A stretch of DNA of 64,000 nucleotides. It comes from Betaproteobacteria bacterium (GTDB lineage Bacteria; Pseudomonadota; Gammaproteobacteria; Burkholderiales; SG8-41). The position numbers and the translations under genes were made by a program. Below, in pieces: positions 37,178-46,659 of this stretch. The notes beneath the pieces were generated by a model that saw only the letters and a program-made list of their open reading frames with translations, was not told where the DNA came from and made no database searches. How positions within the stretch are numbered: the stretch's first letter is position 1; each line of letters opens with the position of its first letter. Location: contig JAQGMI010000152.1 of NCBI GenBank assembly GCA_028292435.1, forward strand, positions 5,441 through 69,440, written 5' to 3'.

Positions 37178-38712
37178 CGCGCATCGCCGAATGGCAGCAC
37201 GTACTTGCCTCCAGTCATTCCGGTCAAGTTCAGGACGAGATGCAAAGGTGCGCGCGCCAATCGAACCACGATGCGCTCAGTTTCAAGGTCGACATGCGCG
37301 CGAAGGTCGAGAAAGTTCTTCCATAGATACGCACAACTCGAATCGGTGAACCCGGGTAGTCGCTTCCCGAATCGCCGCATGACTTCGTATGCAAGCGCAT
37401 TGATCATGCGCGTCCAGCCGGACAGAGGGTGTCCATTCTTTATCGATCGGAAGTACTTTTTATCGGTCGACGAGATGCGCAATGGCCGCTTGTGTTGTGC
37501 CGTGAACTGCTTAAACGAGCGCGCTAACCGCAGCCGCGGCAAGTCGCCTCCGCTTAGCAGTTGCGCAATCGCTTCGACACGCAGTCGTCCGGTTGCGGAT
37601 TCGTCAATGCCGCAAGCAAAGCGGAGCACAGCGTCTTCGTAAGCGATGTCGGCGTTGTCCGCGCCGGTGCATGCCGACAAAACCAGCAGCCGGAGGACTG
37701 CAACCGCGCTATCATCATTCCCAAACGCCGACGCAACGTTCGATTGGTGAAACGTTTCGGCCAGAAGAGGCAGCAGCAAAAAGCAGCCACCGAATGAGGT
37801 GGTGTAAGACATCAGCGTCGAGGGATCTATTACTCGGGATGTAGGGGGTTTGAGCAGATCGGCGACGAGCCGCCGCCCCGCTCGCTCGAGATACGCGAGT
37901 GCCTCACCGTATCTTTCGATTTCCATTGAATGCGGCCAGGTGCCGGTCTCAGCAAGCACCCTTTGCAATTCACGCAGGGCATCGATGGCTGCGTTCAGTT
38001 GGCTGCCGCTCGCGCCGTGTTGCGATGCATGCACAAATAGATTGAGCGTCTGCGCTTCGCTCGAGAGCCGGTGATCGGCCCCATGCCCCAATGCATGGAG
38101 GCATGCGTTCAGACACGACTCCAATGCCGCCGCATTGCCGGCATGCCCCAGATTGATGCGCACCGCGCGCGCATCGTTTGCCGACATTGCGCTGGCAACC
38201 ATTGCCACTTCGTCGTCGCGCATGCGCTGAAGCGCCGTCATACCGAGCCCGGGATCTTCACAGATTGCAGTGCGCAGCACCGCACTCGCCGGCAACAACC
38301 CCAGGCCGCGGTACCGTCCGTAATACCAGCGGCTCCATGCATCGCCATTGGCGCTGTCGATCAGGAACCGCATGAGCAAAGCCGCCGCATCGGCAAAACG
38401 GATCGCTCCGATACCGTCACCATCGCCAACGAGCACATCACGTAAGTTGGCGGCGACCGCACGTGCGACATCCCGCGACAAGTCATCGCTCGGCAGGATA
38501 GCGTTCGCTGCGACGTCGATGTCCACGCGCCGCACCACCCAGATGCTCGCATCATCGCGGTCGCACCAGCGAGCCAGCGTCGCTGACAGCGACCTTTCAA
38601 GCCGTTCGCGTATCGCCTCGTCGCAGCGCGCGCGTATTGCATTCGCATCGGGCGCCGCGCGATCGATCATATATTCGGCGTCGACGCGGCCAATGGTGAG
38701 CTTACCTTCCAC
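37150..38712 (-). CDS. eCIS tape-measure-like protein (Afp14 position)
   Basis: 520 aa between the fibres and the ATPase. The internal hydrophobic FGGCFLLLPLLAETF and the C-terminal NFLDLRAHVDLE...VVRLARAPLHLVLN...YVLPFGD resemble my recollection of contractile-injection-system tape measure proteins. Confidence 0.5.
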   Translation of the reverse strand: MEGKLTIGRVDAEYMIDRAAPDANAIRARCDEAIRERLERSLSATLARWCDRDDASIWVVRRVDIDVAANAILPSDDLSRDVARAVAANLRDVLVGDGDGIGAIRFADAAALLMRFLIDSANGDAWSRWYYGRYRGLGLLPASAVLRTAICEDPGLGMTALQRMRDDEVAMVASAMSANDARAVRINLGHAGNAAALESCLNACLHALGHGADHRLSSEAQTLNLFVHASQHGASGSQLNAAIDALRELQRVLAETGTWPHSMEIERYGEALAYLERAGRRLVADLLKPPTSRVIDPSTLMSYTTSFGGCFLLLPLLAETFHQSNVASAFGNDDSAVAVLRLLVLSACTGADNADIAYEDAVLRFACGIDESATGRLRVEAIAQLLSGGDLPRLRLARSFKQFTAQHKRPLRISSTDKKYFRSIKNGHPLSGWTRMINALAYEVMRRFGKRLPGFTDSSCAYLWKNFLDLRAHVDLETERIVVRLARAPLHLVLNLTGMTGGKYVLPFGDARCYGLFTSD

Positions 38713-38727
38713 GCTGTCCGCTCCGGT

Positions 38728-41022
38728 TCATCCTTTTCGACGGCGCGAAGGACGGGGCGCCTGCGGCGGCAAATGACTAACTGCGGTCGGCGCGATTGCC
38801 TGGTTTTCAGTGGCCGCCTTGCGGTCACTTCGTTCACGCACGGACTTCAGCTCAGCCTCGAGCTTCGTGCACCTCGCGTTCAATTCGCGCAACGCTTCAA
38901 CCATCAGCGCATCGAGCCCCACCGGATTTAACGCTTTGATCCCTGTTTCCGTCGTTTCAACCCACTGGGGAAATATCTTTTCGACATCTTGCGCAATAAA
39001 GCCCGTGTACCGGCCAGCGTTGGCCCCATGCCTTTCAGGCGCCCGCCATGCGAATTCGACGCCCTTCAGTTTCAGCAAACTGCCTAGTGCGCCCTTGAGC
39101 GGCGATACGTCTTTTTTCAGCGCCAGATCGGAAGGCGTTACCCATCCGCCCAAGGTATCTTTGTGCGCGGTGCCGCTGACATGCATTGCGCCGTTGACAT
39201 CCAGCTTGTAAGCAGGTGCCGCAGTGCCGATGCCGACATTTCCCTCGGTCGCGTTATCCGGATTGATAAGGACGTGACGCTTGCCAGGATTGCCTTGTGT
39301 CCGGATGAACAAGTGATGGGTGGTGCTGTGCAGATCGACGTCCGTACCATCTACCCGCAGATCGATGCGCTTCGTATCGTCGCCGAGCCGGATCCGGTTG
39401 CCAATGACGTGTAATGTGGTCTGCGGGGCGGCGGTATTGAAACCGAATCTCGAGCCCATGAATGCCGTAGTGCCGCCGTTGTCCTTAAACACGAAAAGCT
39501 TGTCGACGCCGCCGTCATATTCGATGTCTCCGCCGGAGCTGAATAATTTCAAGTACCCCAGGTTTTGTTTCGCGAGATGCATCAGACCGCTCGGATTCGG
39601 TTCACCAATACCGACGTTGCCGCTGTCGCCCTTGATGACTATGCGCAAATCCCACTTGGCGGGATCGGCATTCACATTCGTCATCATCTTGATCGCCGGC
39701 ACGCCCCCCGTCTCATCGAGCCGCACGCTTGCGGCATTTTTGAGCGGATCGGGAAACTGCCACTTGTCTCCTGCTTTGTAATACGCATTGACGGACAAGC
39801 TGGCCCACCCGCCGCCTTCGTCGCCCGATAAATAACCGACACCCTGGCGGATGCCGGTTGGCCCGCTGACCTGCAATGAATTGGTCGGCGCCGGCGCGTT
39901 GATGCCAACGCGCCCGTCGGTGATGACCGTCAGCCGTTCGACTGAAGTAGCCGGAAGCTTGAATTCGCTGACGGCGAATCGCGTCTCCGTATGCGGAACC
40001 GTGGGCGGACCAATGCACGCCTCGAGCGTGATCTTGCCGGTCGGCGTGGACGTATCTTTAATCCGGCGCAACCACATCGGGATGTCGTCGTTGCCGCCGC
40101 GCTCGACGCGAAAATCCAGCTTGCCGGCGACCAGCCGCGCGTCACCGATGACGCGCAGACTACCTTCGACCCACACGAGATCGTTGTCGGGCACGACACC
40201 CGGGGCGGGCTTCGGCAGCGGCGTTTTAAAATTGAGCGTGCTGTCATCCGGATCCTTGGTGCGGTCGCGCAGCCGCAACACGCCGTCTGGCGCATGGATG
40301 ACTTCGGCGACTGCGCCGAGATAACGACGGCCGCGGCGCGTTGCATTGAGATCGTCATCGCTGCGCTTGATGAGGCGGCCGCTCTGGTTCACCGCTTTGA
40401 CCCAGCGCACGATGCCAATAAAAAGCGCCCAGCGTGGTCGATCGCCGCTATCGGGCAGTTCCTGATAAGGCACCGTCTCGTCATACAACGGCGCGCCGCC
40501 GGATTTGAATGCGCTGATCGCGGCTCTGGCATCGATCGTGCGGCCGGCGACGGCAACACCGCGATATTCGCTGACGGGCGGGCGACGAATTTCCACTCGA
40601 AAGCTCTCTACCACCCGAGCGTAGGGCGAATCTTCGCGGCATGAGGCAAACCCTTCGCCAGGCGCGCGGGCAGGCAGCTCGTGATAAGAAATCCAGATTT
40701 CAAGCGGCGTTCCCGTCGGATCAGTCGGGTCCTGAAAGTTTTCGAATTGCGTGAGACCGATCTTGGTTGGCGCAAGGGCAACCAGATTGCGGCCGATACC
40801 GTCGCAGGCATAGCCCGGCGTGAGGGTTATTTCAACGTCGCCTCCAGGTAACGTGCGCTCAACAAGCTCGAAGCCAATGCCGATGCCCCATGTGTGCGCG
40901 CCGAGCGCATGCCGCGCCTGTCCGTTGCGGGCGAACCTGACGATTGCCGCCAGATCCTCCGCACCCAGGTACTGACCTTCGTAATATTGCGGACGCTCGT
41001 TCTGGTCCATGGCGGCCCCCAT
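38728..41022 (-). CDS. tail-fibre protein with C-terminal Peptidase_S74 intramolecular-chaperone domain (Afp13 position)
   Basis: 764 aa. C-terminus PSDLALKKDVSPLKGALGSLLKLKGVEFAWR...YTGFIAQDVEKIFPQWV...LNPVGLDALMVEALRELNARCTKLEAEL matches endosialidase-chaperone-type autoprocessing domains. Confidence 0.8.
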   Translation of the reverse strand: MGAAMDQNERPQYYEGQYLGAEDLAAIVRFARNGQARHALGAHTWGIGIGFELVERTLPGGDVEITLTPGYACDGIGRNLVALAPTKIGLTQFENFQDPTDPTGTPLEIWISYHELPARAPGEGFASCREDSPYARVVESFRVEIRRPPVSEYRGVAVAGRTIDARAAISAFKSGGAPLYDETVPYQELPDSGDRPRWALFIGIVRWVKAVNQSGRLIKRSDDDLNATRRGRRYLGAVAEVIHAPDGVLRLRDRTKDPDDSTLNFKTPLPKPAPGVVPDNDLVWVEGSLRVIGDARLVAGKLDFRVERGGNDDIPMWLRRIKDTSTPTGKITLEACIGPPTVPHTETRFAVSEFKLPATSVERLTVITDGRVGINAPAPTNSLQVSGPTGIRQGVGYLSGDEGGGWASLSVNAYYKAGDKWQFPDPLKNAASVRLDETGGVPAIKMMTNVNADPAKWDLRIVIKGDSGNVGIGEPNPSGLMHLAKQNLGYLKLFSSGGDIEYDGGVDKLFVFKDNGGTTAFMGSRFGFNTAAPQTTLHVIGNRIRLGDDTKRIDLRVDGTDVDLHSTTHHLFIRTQGNPGKRHVLINPDNATEGNVGIGTAAPAYKLDVNGAMHVSGTAHKDTLGGWVTPSDLALKKDVSPLKGALGSLLKLKGVEFAWRAPERHGANAGRYTGFIAQDVEKIFPQWVETTETGIKALNPVGLDALMVEALRELNARCTKLEAELKSVRERSDRKAATENQAIAPTAVSHLPPQAPRPSRRRKG

Positions 41023-42746
41023 TATCGATTCAAGAGTTTTTCGATGGCCTTCTGCTGCTTCGCCACGGTCGCCTGTAAATCGGCGACCGCCTGGCCGAGC
41101 GCATTGGCATTGGTTTGCGTCGACGACAGCGTCTGCAATAACGGTGCAACAACCTGATGAATGAGAATGGCCTGCGCCGGATTAGCGAGTTCGGCCGGCA
41201 GAATAGGTTTGCCGCCGGCGGGCCCGTTGCCCATCGCCGCGAGCAGCCAGTTGCCGAAATCAACGGGGGCGCCACCCTTCAGTGCATTGTCGAGGATCTC
41301 GCCGAAGGGGCCGGCGCCGCCGGGCGCTGCTGCACCGGCTGCGCCGCCAACAAACCCGGCGACTCCAACCGGCTGTCCATCCGGGTTGTTCGGCTCTCTT
41401 GCTTGGCGCAGCGGCTTGCAACACAGCGCTTCGACGAGGTCACGCAAGCTTGGTTTTTTACCCCCGCCGACCACCACACCGCCGGCACCGCCCGCGTTGG
41501 CGCCGGAATTAAAGATCGGCAGCCACGACAGCCAGTATTCGAGAATGGGAAACGTGAGCAGGAATTTACGATTCGCGATATCGCAGATTTTTTTTACCCG
41601 GCACTTGCCGCGACTCACGGTAACGGTCGCAATCGGCACGCAGTCGGCATCGGCCGGCAGCGGACATGGCGGCAGCAATGCGGCGCACAGACATTTCTGC
41701 AGAATGCTTTTCACGATTTCAAAGATACTCTCGACCGCTGCGTTCCAGGCGACGAGATATGCGTTGTGATTACCTTCCGCTTCATTCGGCAGCGGTATGG
41801 CATTGATGCGCGCTGCGAGGTCGCAGTCGTATAAACTCTCCGTGATTAAAAACTCGGCAACCGCATCTTTGAGTTCAACCAGCCATTTCTGGAGAACGGC
41901 ATTCGAAGAGTTGGCAGGCGGCGTTTTCTCGAGCCGTTCGAACAGCGGCTGCACGCAGCAGATAAAACGGCGCACAAGTTCGCCGGGATCAGACTCGCGC
42001 ACTGCCTTCTTGGGCGCGGCATACACGGCAAAACCGTAGCCTTCGCAGATGATCGTGGGCTCGCATTGCGCCGGCAACGATTTCGGTTGCGCCATTTTTT
42101 TCGACGGCGTCATACCGCTGCCGCAACTGCAGCCTGCCGCGCCGCCGCATCCGCAGCCGCCGTGAGAAGACTTACAACCGCCCGTGCAGCCGGGCGTGCC
42201 GCAGCCGCACGAAGCGCCGCTGCCGCCGCGCAGCGCCGTGATACCGCGCGACGGTTTTTCCTGATAGCAGATGGCGAGCACCCAATCCTCGGTGCCCTGC
42301 CGGCATTCGTTGTCGTTGGGATTGCGCGGGTCGAGGCATTCATCCGGCAAACGCGGCCGGCAGCGATTGATGAGATCGCAGATGTTCACCTGCTCGTCAT
42401 GGCACACGACGATGTCGTTGCCGCATGGACTGAGTGCATAGCCCGGCCGCACCACCACCGTGCCGTTACCCGCGGGATCGCACACGCTGCAAACCACTTC
42501 GAGTCCGCACACGACGCCGGTACCGAACAGGTGCCGGTTATGCATGCGGTTCTTGGCGACAATATAGTGATCGAGCCGGTTGAGATCTTCATCGGTCAGC
42601 AGCTGGCCGGCAAAAAATCGCGGCCGGCATAGACATTCGAGTCCGCCGCAGGCGGGGCACACGGGCCGCGGGTCGCAAGTGGGTTTTGGGCGGCAATCCG
42701 GAAACCCCGGGGTTTGGACGAATGCTGCCATCAGATCGTTTGCCAT
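41022..42746 (-). CDS. Cys-rich fibre/baseplate-associated protein, paralogue 2 (unknown family)
   Basis: 574 aa with about 37 Cys (hand count). N-terminal ~170 aa are homologous to the two flanking genes. Contains the Gly/Cys tract GGSGASCGCGTPGCTGGCKSSHGGCGCGGAAGCSCGSG and a coiled-coil-like C-terminus. Confidence 0.6.
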   Translation of the reverse strand: MANDLMAAFVQTPGFPDCRPKPTCDPRPVCPACGGLECLCRPRFFAGQLLTDEDLNRLDHYIVAKNRMHNRHLFGTGVVCGLEVVCSVCDPAGNGTVVVRPGYALSPCGNDIVVCHDEQVNICDLINRCRPRLPDECLDPRNPNDNECRQGTEDWVLAICYQEKPSRGITALRGGSGASCGCGTPGCTGGCKSSHGGCGCGGAAGCSCGSGMTPSKKMAQPKSLPAQCEPTIICEGYGFAVYAAPKKAVRESDPGELVRRFICCVQPLFERLEKTPPANSSNAVLQKWLVELKDAVAEFLITESLYDCDLAARINAIPLPNEAEGNHNAYLVAWNAAVESIFEIVKSILQKCLCAALLPPCPLPADADCVPIATVTVSRGKCRVKKICDIANRKFLLTFPILEYWLSWLPIFNSGANAGGAGGVVVGGGKKPSLRDLVEALCCKPLRQAREPNNPDGQPVGVAGFVGGAAGAAAPGGAGPFGEILDNALKGGAPVDFGNWLLAAMGNGPAGGKPILPAELANPAQAILIHQVVAPLLQTLSSTQTNANALGQAVADLQATVAKQQKAIEKLLNR

Positions 42747-42838
42747 AATCTTTCTCCTGCTTGAATTCAGCTATGCGGTGAGTGCGAACGGATCGCGGGA
42801 ATCGATTCAATGTATGGGGGCGAATGAATCCACATCGG

Positions 42839-44350
42839 CTAACCGCCAATTTCAAACCAGCTTTCGAACGTGCCGCCTTCGATGCCATCGCCAGTAACGC
42901 CGCCGTTAGGGGAAACCCACGGCGGCAGGTGATTGATATCGACCGCAACATCGCGCCCCATTTCCCGAATTAGATCTCCCTTGATGACTACGCGATATTT
43001 ACCTGGTCGAAATCCTTCGCGTGGCGTGAACCGCACAAAATTCGGTTTAGGCGCGCCGTTGACGAACTCATCATTTACCTTGCACGGAGTTCTGAGTTGT
43101 TCGACGCTGAGCGTGCCTACCATTTCGCACCAGCATGTCAGTTTCGTCCGATCGTCAGGTTCACCGCGTTGCACGATAAAAGTATTCTCATTGATATCGC
43201 CGCCATTGATTGGGCCGTCAAACGCAACGGTCAACCCCTTCTTTGGGGCAGTTATTTTCTCGGCGTGTTTCCAGTTGATGCCGCAGATGTGCGTGTATTT
43301 CGCGCCGCAGTTCGTCGGGATCTCGAGCTGAAGTATTCGCTGGCCGCCGACAACCACAATTTGGCCGACCGGTGGCGTGCCGCACGGGACGATTTTTAAA
43401 TCGACGTTGTCGAGACCCGGTCCGCCGGGCCCTCCCGCCGCGCCGTCCTTGCCTGCCGGTATGACAAGGTGCAGCGTTCGCTTGCCGGGTGTCGGCGTAT
43501 CTTCAAGCAACGTAGCGGTTGCGAGCGTACCGGGCGCGCCGGTCGCCACCGTGACGAAATCGATGCCCTTGCCGTCTTTGCCGGGCGGCCCTTCGCCGCC
43601 TCCGCCGCCGGGACCTTTGGTCAAAATGCAATCGATCACCTGCTTGACCAGCTGCACCGAGGGCAAAATTGTCCGCGTGCTGTTATCGATGTCAGCGTCG
43701 GCGACCGGCGCACCGACACGCCAGCCATTGATGGTTGCAAGAACGAGGCAATCGGGCACGTCGCAGTGCGGACAACCGTCAACGCTCGTCACCCACAGGT
43801 CGCCGCATTTCTCTGGAAACGGCGGCTTCTCAGGGTCATTGGGCGGATCGACGAGCACATCGAGCTCGTACGATTCGAGGATGCGGTTGGGCGCGCACGT
43901 TTCTTCATCGCAGCCGCATTCATCGTAGAGCTTCGGAATCGGCTCCGACTCGCACTCTTTGTATCGGATGCAGATTTTCAAGACGTGGCGCTTCTCGTCG
44001 TTGGCTTCCTTCAGCTTCATCAGCGCCGGGATGCTCCAGAGATCGATGCAATCCTGCTCGCGCACGACAATGTCGTGGCCGCAGCAATCGACCGCCGTTC
44101 CGGGCTCGACGCAAACAAAGCGATCGCGGCAAGCCTCTTTCGGATGCTGCGCGACCTTGAGTCCGCACACGATGCCGAACCCGTGCAGCTTCTGATTGTG
44201 ATGGCGCAGCTTTTCGATGCCGTAGCGCTGCTCGTCTGTGAAGTCGCGCGCCAGCATGAGCTTGCCGGTCCAGTACGCGTTGCGCGTAAACGGGCCAAAA
44301 TCGCAGGCAGGACAGTGCTCCGCTTCGTGATGATCGTGATCGTACGGCAT
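42839..44350 (-). CDS. Cys-rich fibre/baseplate-associated protein, paralogue 3, with short collagen-like Gly-rich segments
   Basis: 503 aa with about 24 Cys. Shares the N-domain (CPAC...HNQKLHGFGIVCGLKV...EPGTAVDCCGHDIVV). Contains KGPGGGGGEGPPGKDGKG and AGKDGAAGGPGGPG. Confidence 0.6.
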   Translation of the reverse strand: MPYDHDHHEAEHCPACDFGPFTRNAYWTGKLMLARDFTDEQRYGIEKLRHHNQKLHGFGIVCGLKVAQHPKEACRDRFVCVEPGTAVDCCGHDIVVREQDCIDLWSIPALMKLKEANDEKRHVLKICIRYKECESEPIPKLYDECGCDEETCAPNRILESYELDVLVDPPNDPEKPPFPEKCGDLWVTSVDGCPHCDVPDCLVLATINGWRVGAPVADADIDNSTRTILPSVQLVKQVIDCILTKGPGGGGGEGPPGKDGKGIDFVTVATGAPGTLATATLLEDTPTPGKRTLHLVIPAGKDGAAGGPGGPGLDNVDLKIVPCGTPPVGQIVVVGGQRILQLEIPTNCGAKYTHICGINWKHAEKITAPKKGLTVAFDGPINGGDINENTFIVQRGEPDDRTKLTCWCEMVGTLSVEQLRTPCKVNDEFVNGAPKPNFVRFTPREGFRPGKYRVVIKGDLIREMGRDVAVDINHLPPWVSPNGGVTGDGIEGGTFESWFEIGG

Positions 44351-44379
44351 AGCCTTCTCCTAGAAATCCAGTCGCAGCG

Positions 44380-46659
44380 TTAACTCAGAACCGCGGTCGT
44401 GCCCATGCGTCCTTCCTTGCCGACGGCGATGCCCGGGCCGCCGGCAAGGTGCGGCGGCGAAGTCAAAACCGACGCGGGACCGAGCGGCGTTACGCCAAGC
44501 GCAAAACCCTGCGGCAGCGCGGCGATCACCGAATCGAAGCCAAGCATCGACTGCACGCCGATCCGGAATCGCGGCTCGACGAATTGCAACGAGAATTGCG
44601 TGTGCGCGGGCGCTTCATTGCGCAGCAAGATATCGAACGACCGGCGCATTTGCTCCGAATCGCGGCAGCGCGCCGGCAGGAAGACTGAAAACTGATGTGC
44701 GTGCACCAGAAATGGATCGCGGTCCGGATCCGGCGTCATCACGAGCCGCGACACGCCGGCCTGCGCGTTGGCGTTCAACTGCGCGCGATTGACGATCCGG
44801 TTGCCCCAGAGCACGGCTTGTTCGCCGAGGCGTCCGGCCCCTAAGCGCAACCAGCGGCGGAGGCAGAAATGCTCGAGGAGCAACGCCGGGGCCTTCCACG
44901 AAGGGCACTCGACTGGCGCGCAGTTCGCCGGCTCGGGGCTGCACTTACGTGACGGATGAGACAAAGGTGCGCAGCCGCGGCGATGCGTCCAGCCGAGCAA
45001 CAGCAAAAGTTGTTCGCGCAATCCTGCGCGCGTGCCCCGCTTGTCGAACAACGTGCCGGCGCTTTTCAGCAACCGCCGTCGCGTGGCGACGTCCCAGTTG
45101 CGGTCGAACGTCAGCCCGACCCACGACGCAAGCCAGCTTAAAAAGTCCAAACCGCGCGGCGTGAGCGGCGTTGCCGGTGCAGAGCCGGCATCGTACAAGC
45201 GTGCACCGGCATCGACTTCGTGCTCAAGCGAACGAAACGTTGTGTCGTAGAGCGCGAGAAAGCGATCGGTGAAATCTGCACTGACCGGCTCTGTCCCAAA
45301 GACCGCAGGCAGCAGGCGGCGCAGGCTGATGCGCGGAAATTCGATGACGATGCTCTCGATCATCGGTGTCGCGGCACTATTCCCGCTTAATTCGAGCTCG
45401 AGCCACAGATAGCGTCCGGGCACGCTGCGCACGAGGCAATCCCACTGCGCATCGCCATCGAGCGATTGCGCAGCCGCCGCCGATTGCCACGCGCCAAACT
45501 GATCGAGCTCGTCTTTCGAATACACCACTTCCGAGGTGAAGGTGCGCACCCCGATGCGCGTCCCCTGCGGCAAATCGCCTTTGAGAATCACGCGATGCCA
45601 TTGACACTGCGCGATGCGGCTGTCGAGCGCCTCCGAGCGATATGTGCCGGCCGCGACGTAAATTTTCGTCGGGCCAACGGGTGCTTTGGCCAGCGGATCA
45701 CCGTTCAAATCGAACCAGCCGGAACGCGGTTCGCTTGCAGGGCAGGCGCAAGGGTCTGGCGGTTTTGCCGGCTTGCTGCACCAGTTTTGCAGATCAAGAT
45801 TGCCCTTCGCATCGCTACCCACTTTCGCGGGCGTAAAGCCCTGTATCGCGTCGGCCGGCAGTTTCGGCGCTATGGCGGACCTCCCTTGCTGATCGAACGC
45901 AAGCAGTTCGGAAGGAACGTCAGCGGTGACGACGTACACGCGATCGCGACGATCGATTGCGATATGCGCAGCATTGCTCGCGCACGGAAACGCAACTTCC
46001 CATTGGCCGCTCGGGGCAAAGCGGTGCAGACGTCCCAGCGCATCCGCAATCCAGGCGCGAGACAGCGAATCGAACGCGATCGACACCGGGCGCCACGGCA
46101 ATTCTTTCGTCGGCGGTCGCAAATGTCCGCGCAACGCAAAGCCCTTGAGCGAAAAGACGCTGATGCGATGATTTTCGCGTTGAATCGCTTTATTCAGCGC
46201 CCCAACGTCGTCACACGCATCAGGCTCAGGTGCTTTTTCGATACCGGTGTCGACGACGAACAGATTGCCGCCGCAGATCGCGATGTCGCCGGGATTGCGC
46301 AACTCTCGTGCACCGCCCCCTTCTCCGCCGATGCATGGCACGATTTCGAACGTACAAGTGCAGGGATCAAAACGGCGAAGGTGCAAACGCTTTCTGTCGA
46401 GCAGATACAGGCTGTCATCCGGGCCGAACGCCACATTGCCTGGCAGGCGCAGGCCGCCGAGCGAACCGGACGCCTCGGCAAGCTTGCGCGCAGTGGCGGG
46501 CAGGTAAGCAAGCTCGAGCCCGCCATGGCAGGGATCGATCTGCACATTCGCAAGCGGCCCGGGACCTGCTGCGCGCCAGCCGACGTGGCCGTTCAATAAC
46601 AATGAAGTCGGATCGTGCGGCGGCGCGAAGGCCGGCAGGAATGGCAGCGGCGCATTCAT
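44380..46659 (-). CDS. baseplate protein with P2 gpI-like tail-protein domain (Afp12-like)
   Basis: 759 aa. LDFLSWLASWVGLTFDRNWDVATRRRLLKSAGTLFDKRGTRAGLREQL is typical of the gpI / 'phage tail protein' domain. 4-nt overlap with the baseplate J gene. Confidence 0.75.
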   Translation of the reverse strand: MNAPLPFLPAFAPPHDPTSLLLNGHVGWRAAGPGPLANVQIDPCHGGLELAYLPATARKLAEASGSLGGLRLPGNVAFGPDDSLYLLDRKRLHLRRFDPCTCTFEIVPCIGGEGGGARELRNPGDIAICGGNLFVVDTGIEKAPEPDACDDVGALNKAIQRENHRISVFSLKGFALRGHLRPPTKELPWRPVSIAFDSLSRAWIADALGRLHRFAPSGQWEVAFPCASNAAHIAIDRRDRVYVVTADVPSELLAFDQQGRSAIAPKLPADAIQGFTPAKVGSDAKGNLDLQNWCSKPAKPPDPCACPASEPRSGWFDLNGDPLAKAPVGPTKIYVAAGTYRSEALDSRIAQCQWHRVILKGDLPQGTRIGVRTFTSEVVYSKDELDQFGAWQSAAAAQSLDGDAQWDCLVRSVPGRYLWLELELSGNSAATPMIESIVIEFPRISLRRLLPAVFGTEPVSADFTDRFLALYDTTFRSLEHEVDAGARLYDAGSAPATPLTPRGLDFLSWLASWVGLTFDRNWDVATRRRLLKSAGTLFDKRGTRAGLREQLLLLLGWTHRRGCAPLSHPSRKCSPEPANCAPVECPSWKAPALLLEHFCLRRWLRLGAGRLGEQAVLWGNRIVNRAQLNANAQAGVSRLVMTPDPDRDPFLVHAHQFSVFLPARCRDSEQMRRSFDILLRNEAPAHTQFSLQFVEPRFRIGVQSMLGFDSVIAALPQGFALGVTPLGPASVLTSPPHLAGGPGIAVGKEGRMGTTAVLS

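Noticed and set aside
43415-43618. Collagen-like region considered as evidence for a genuine collagen triple-helix stalk
   Set aside because: Only a handful of G-X-Y triplets are present, interrupted by poly-Gly. It was kept as a minor hinge observation, not as a collagen domain.
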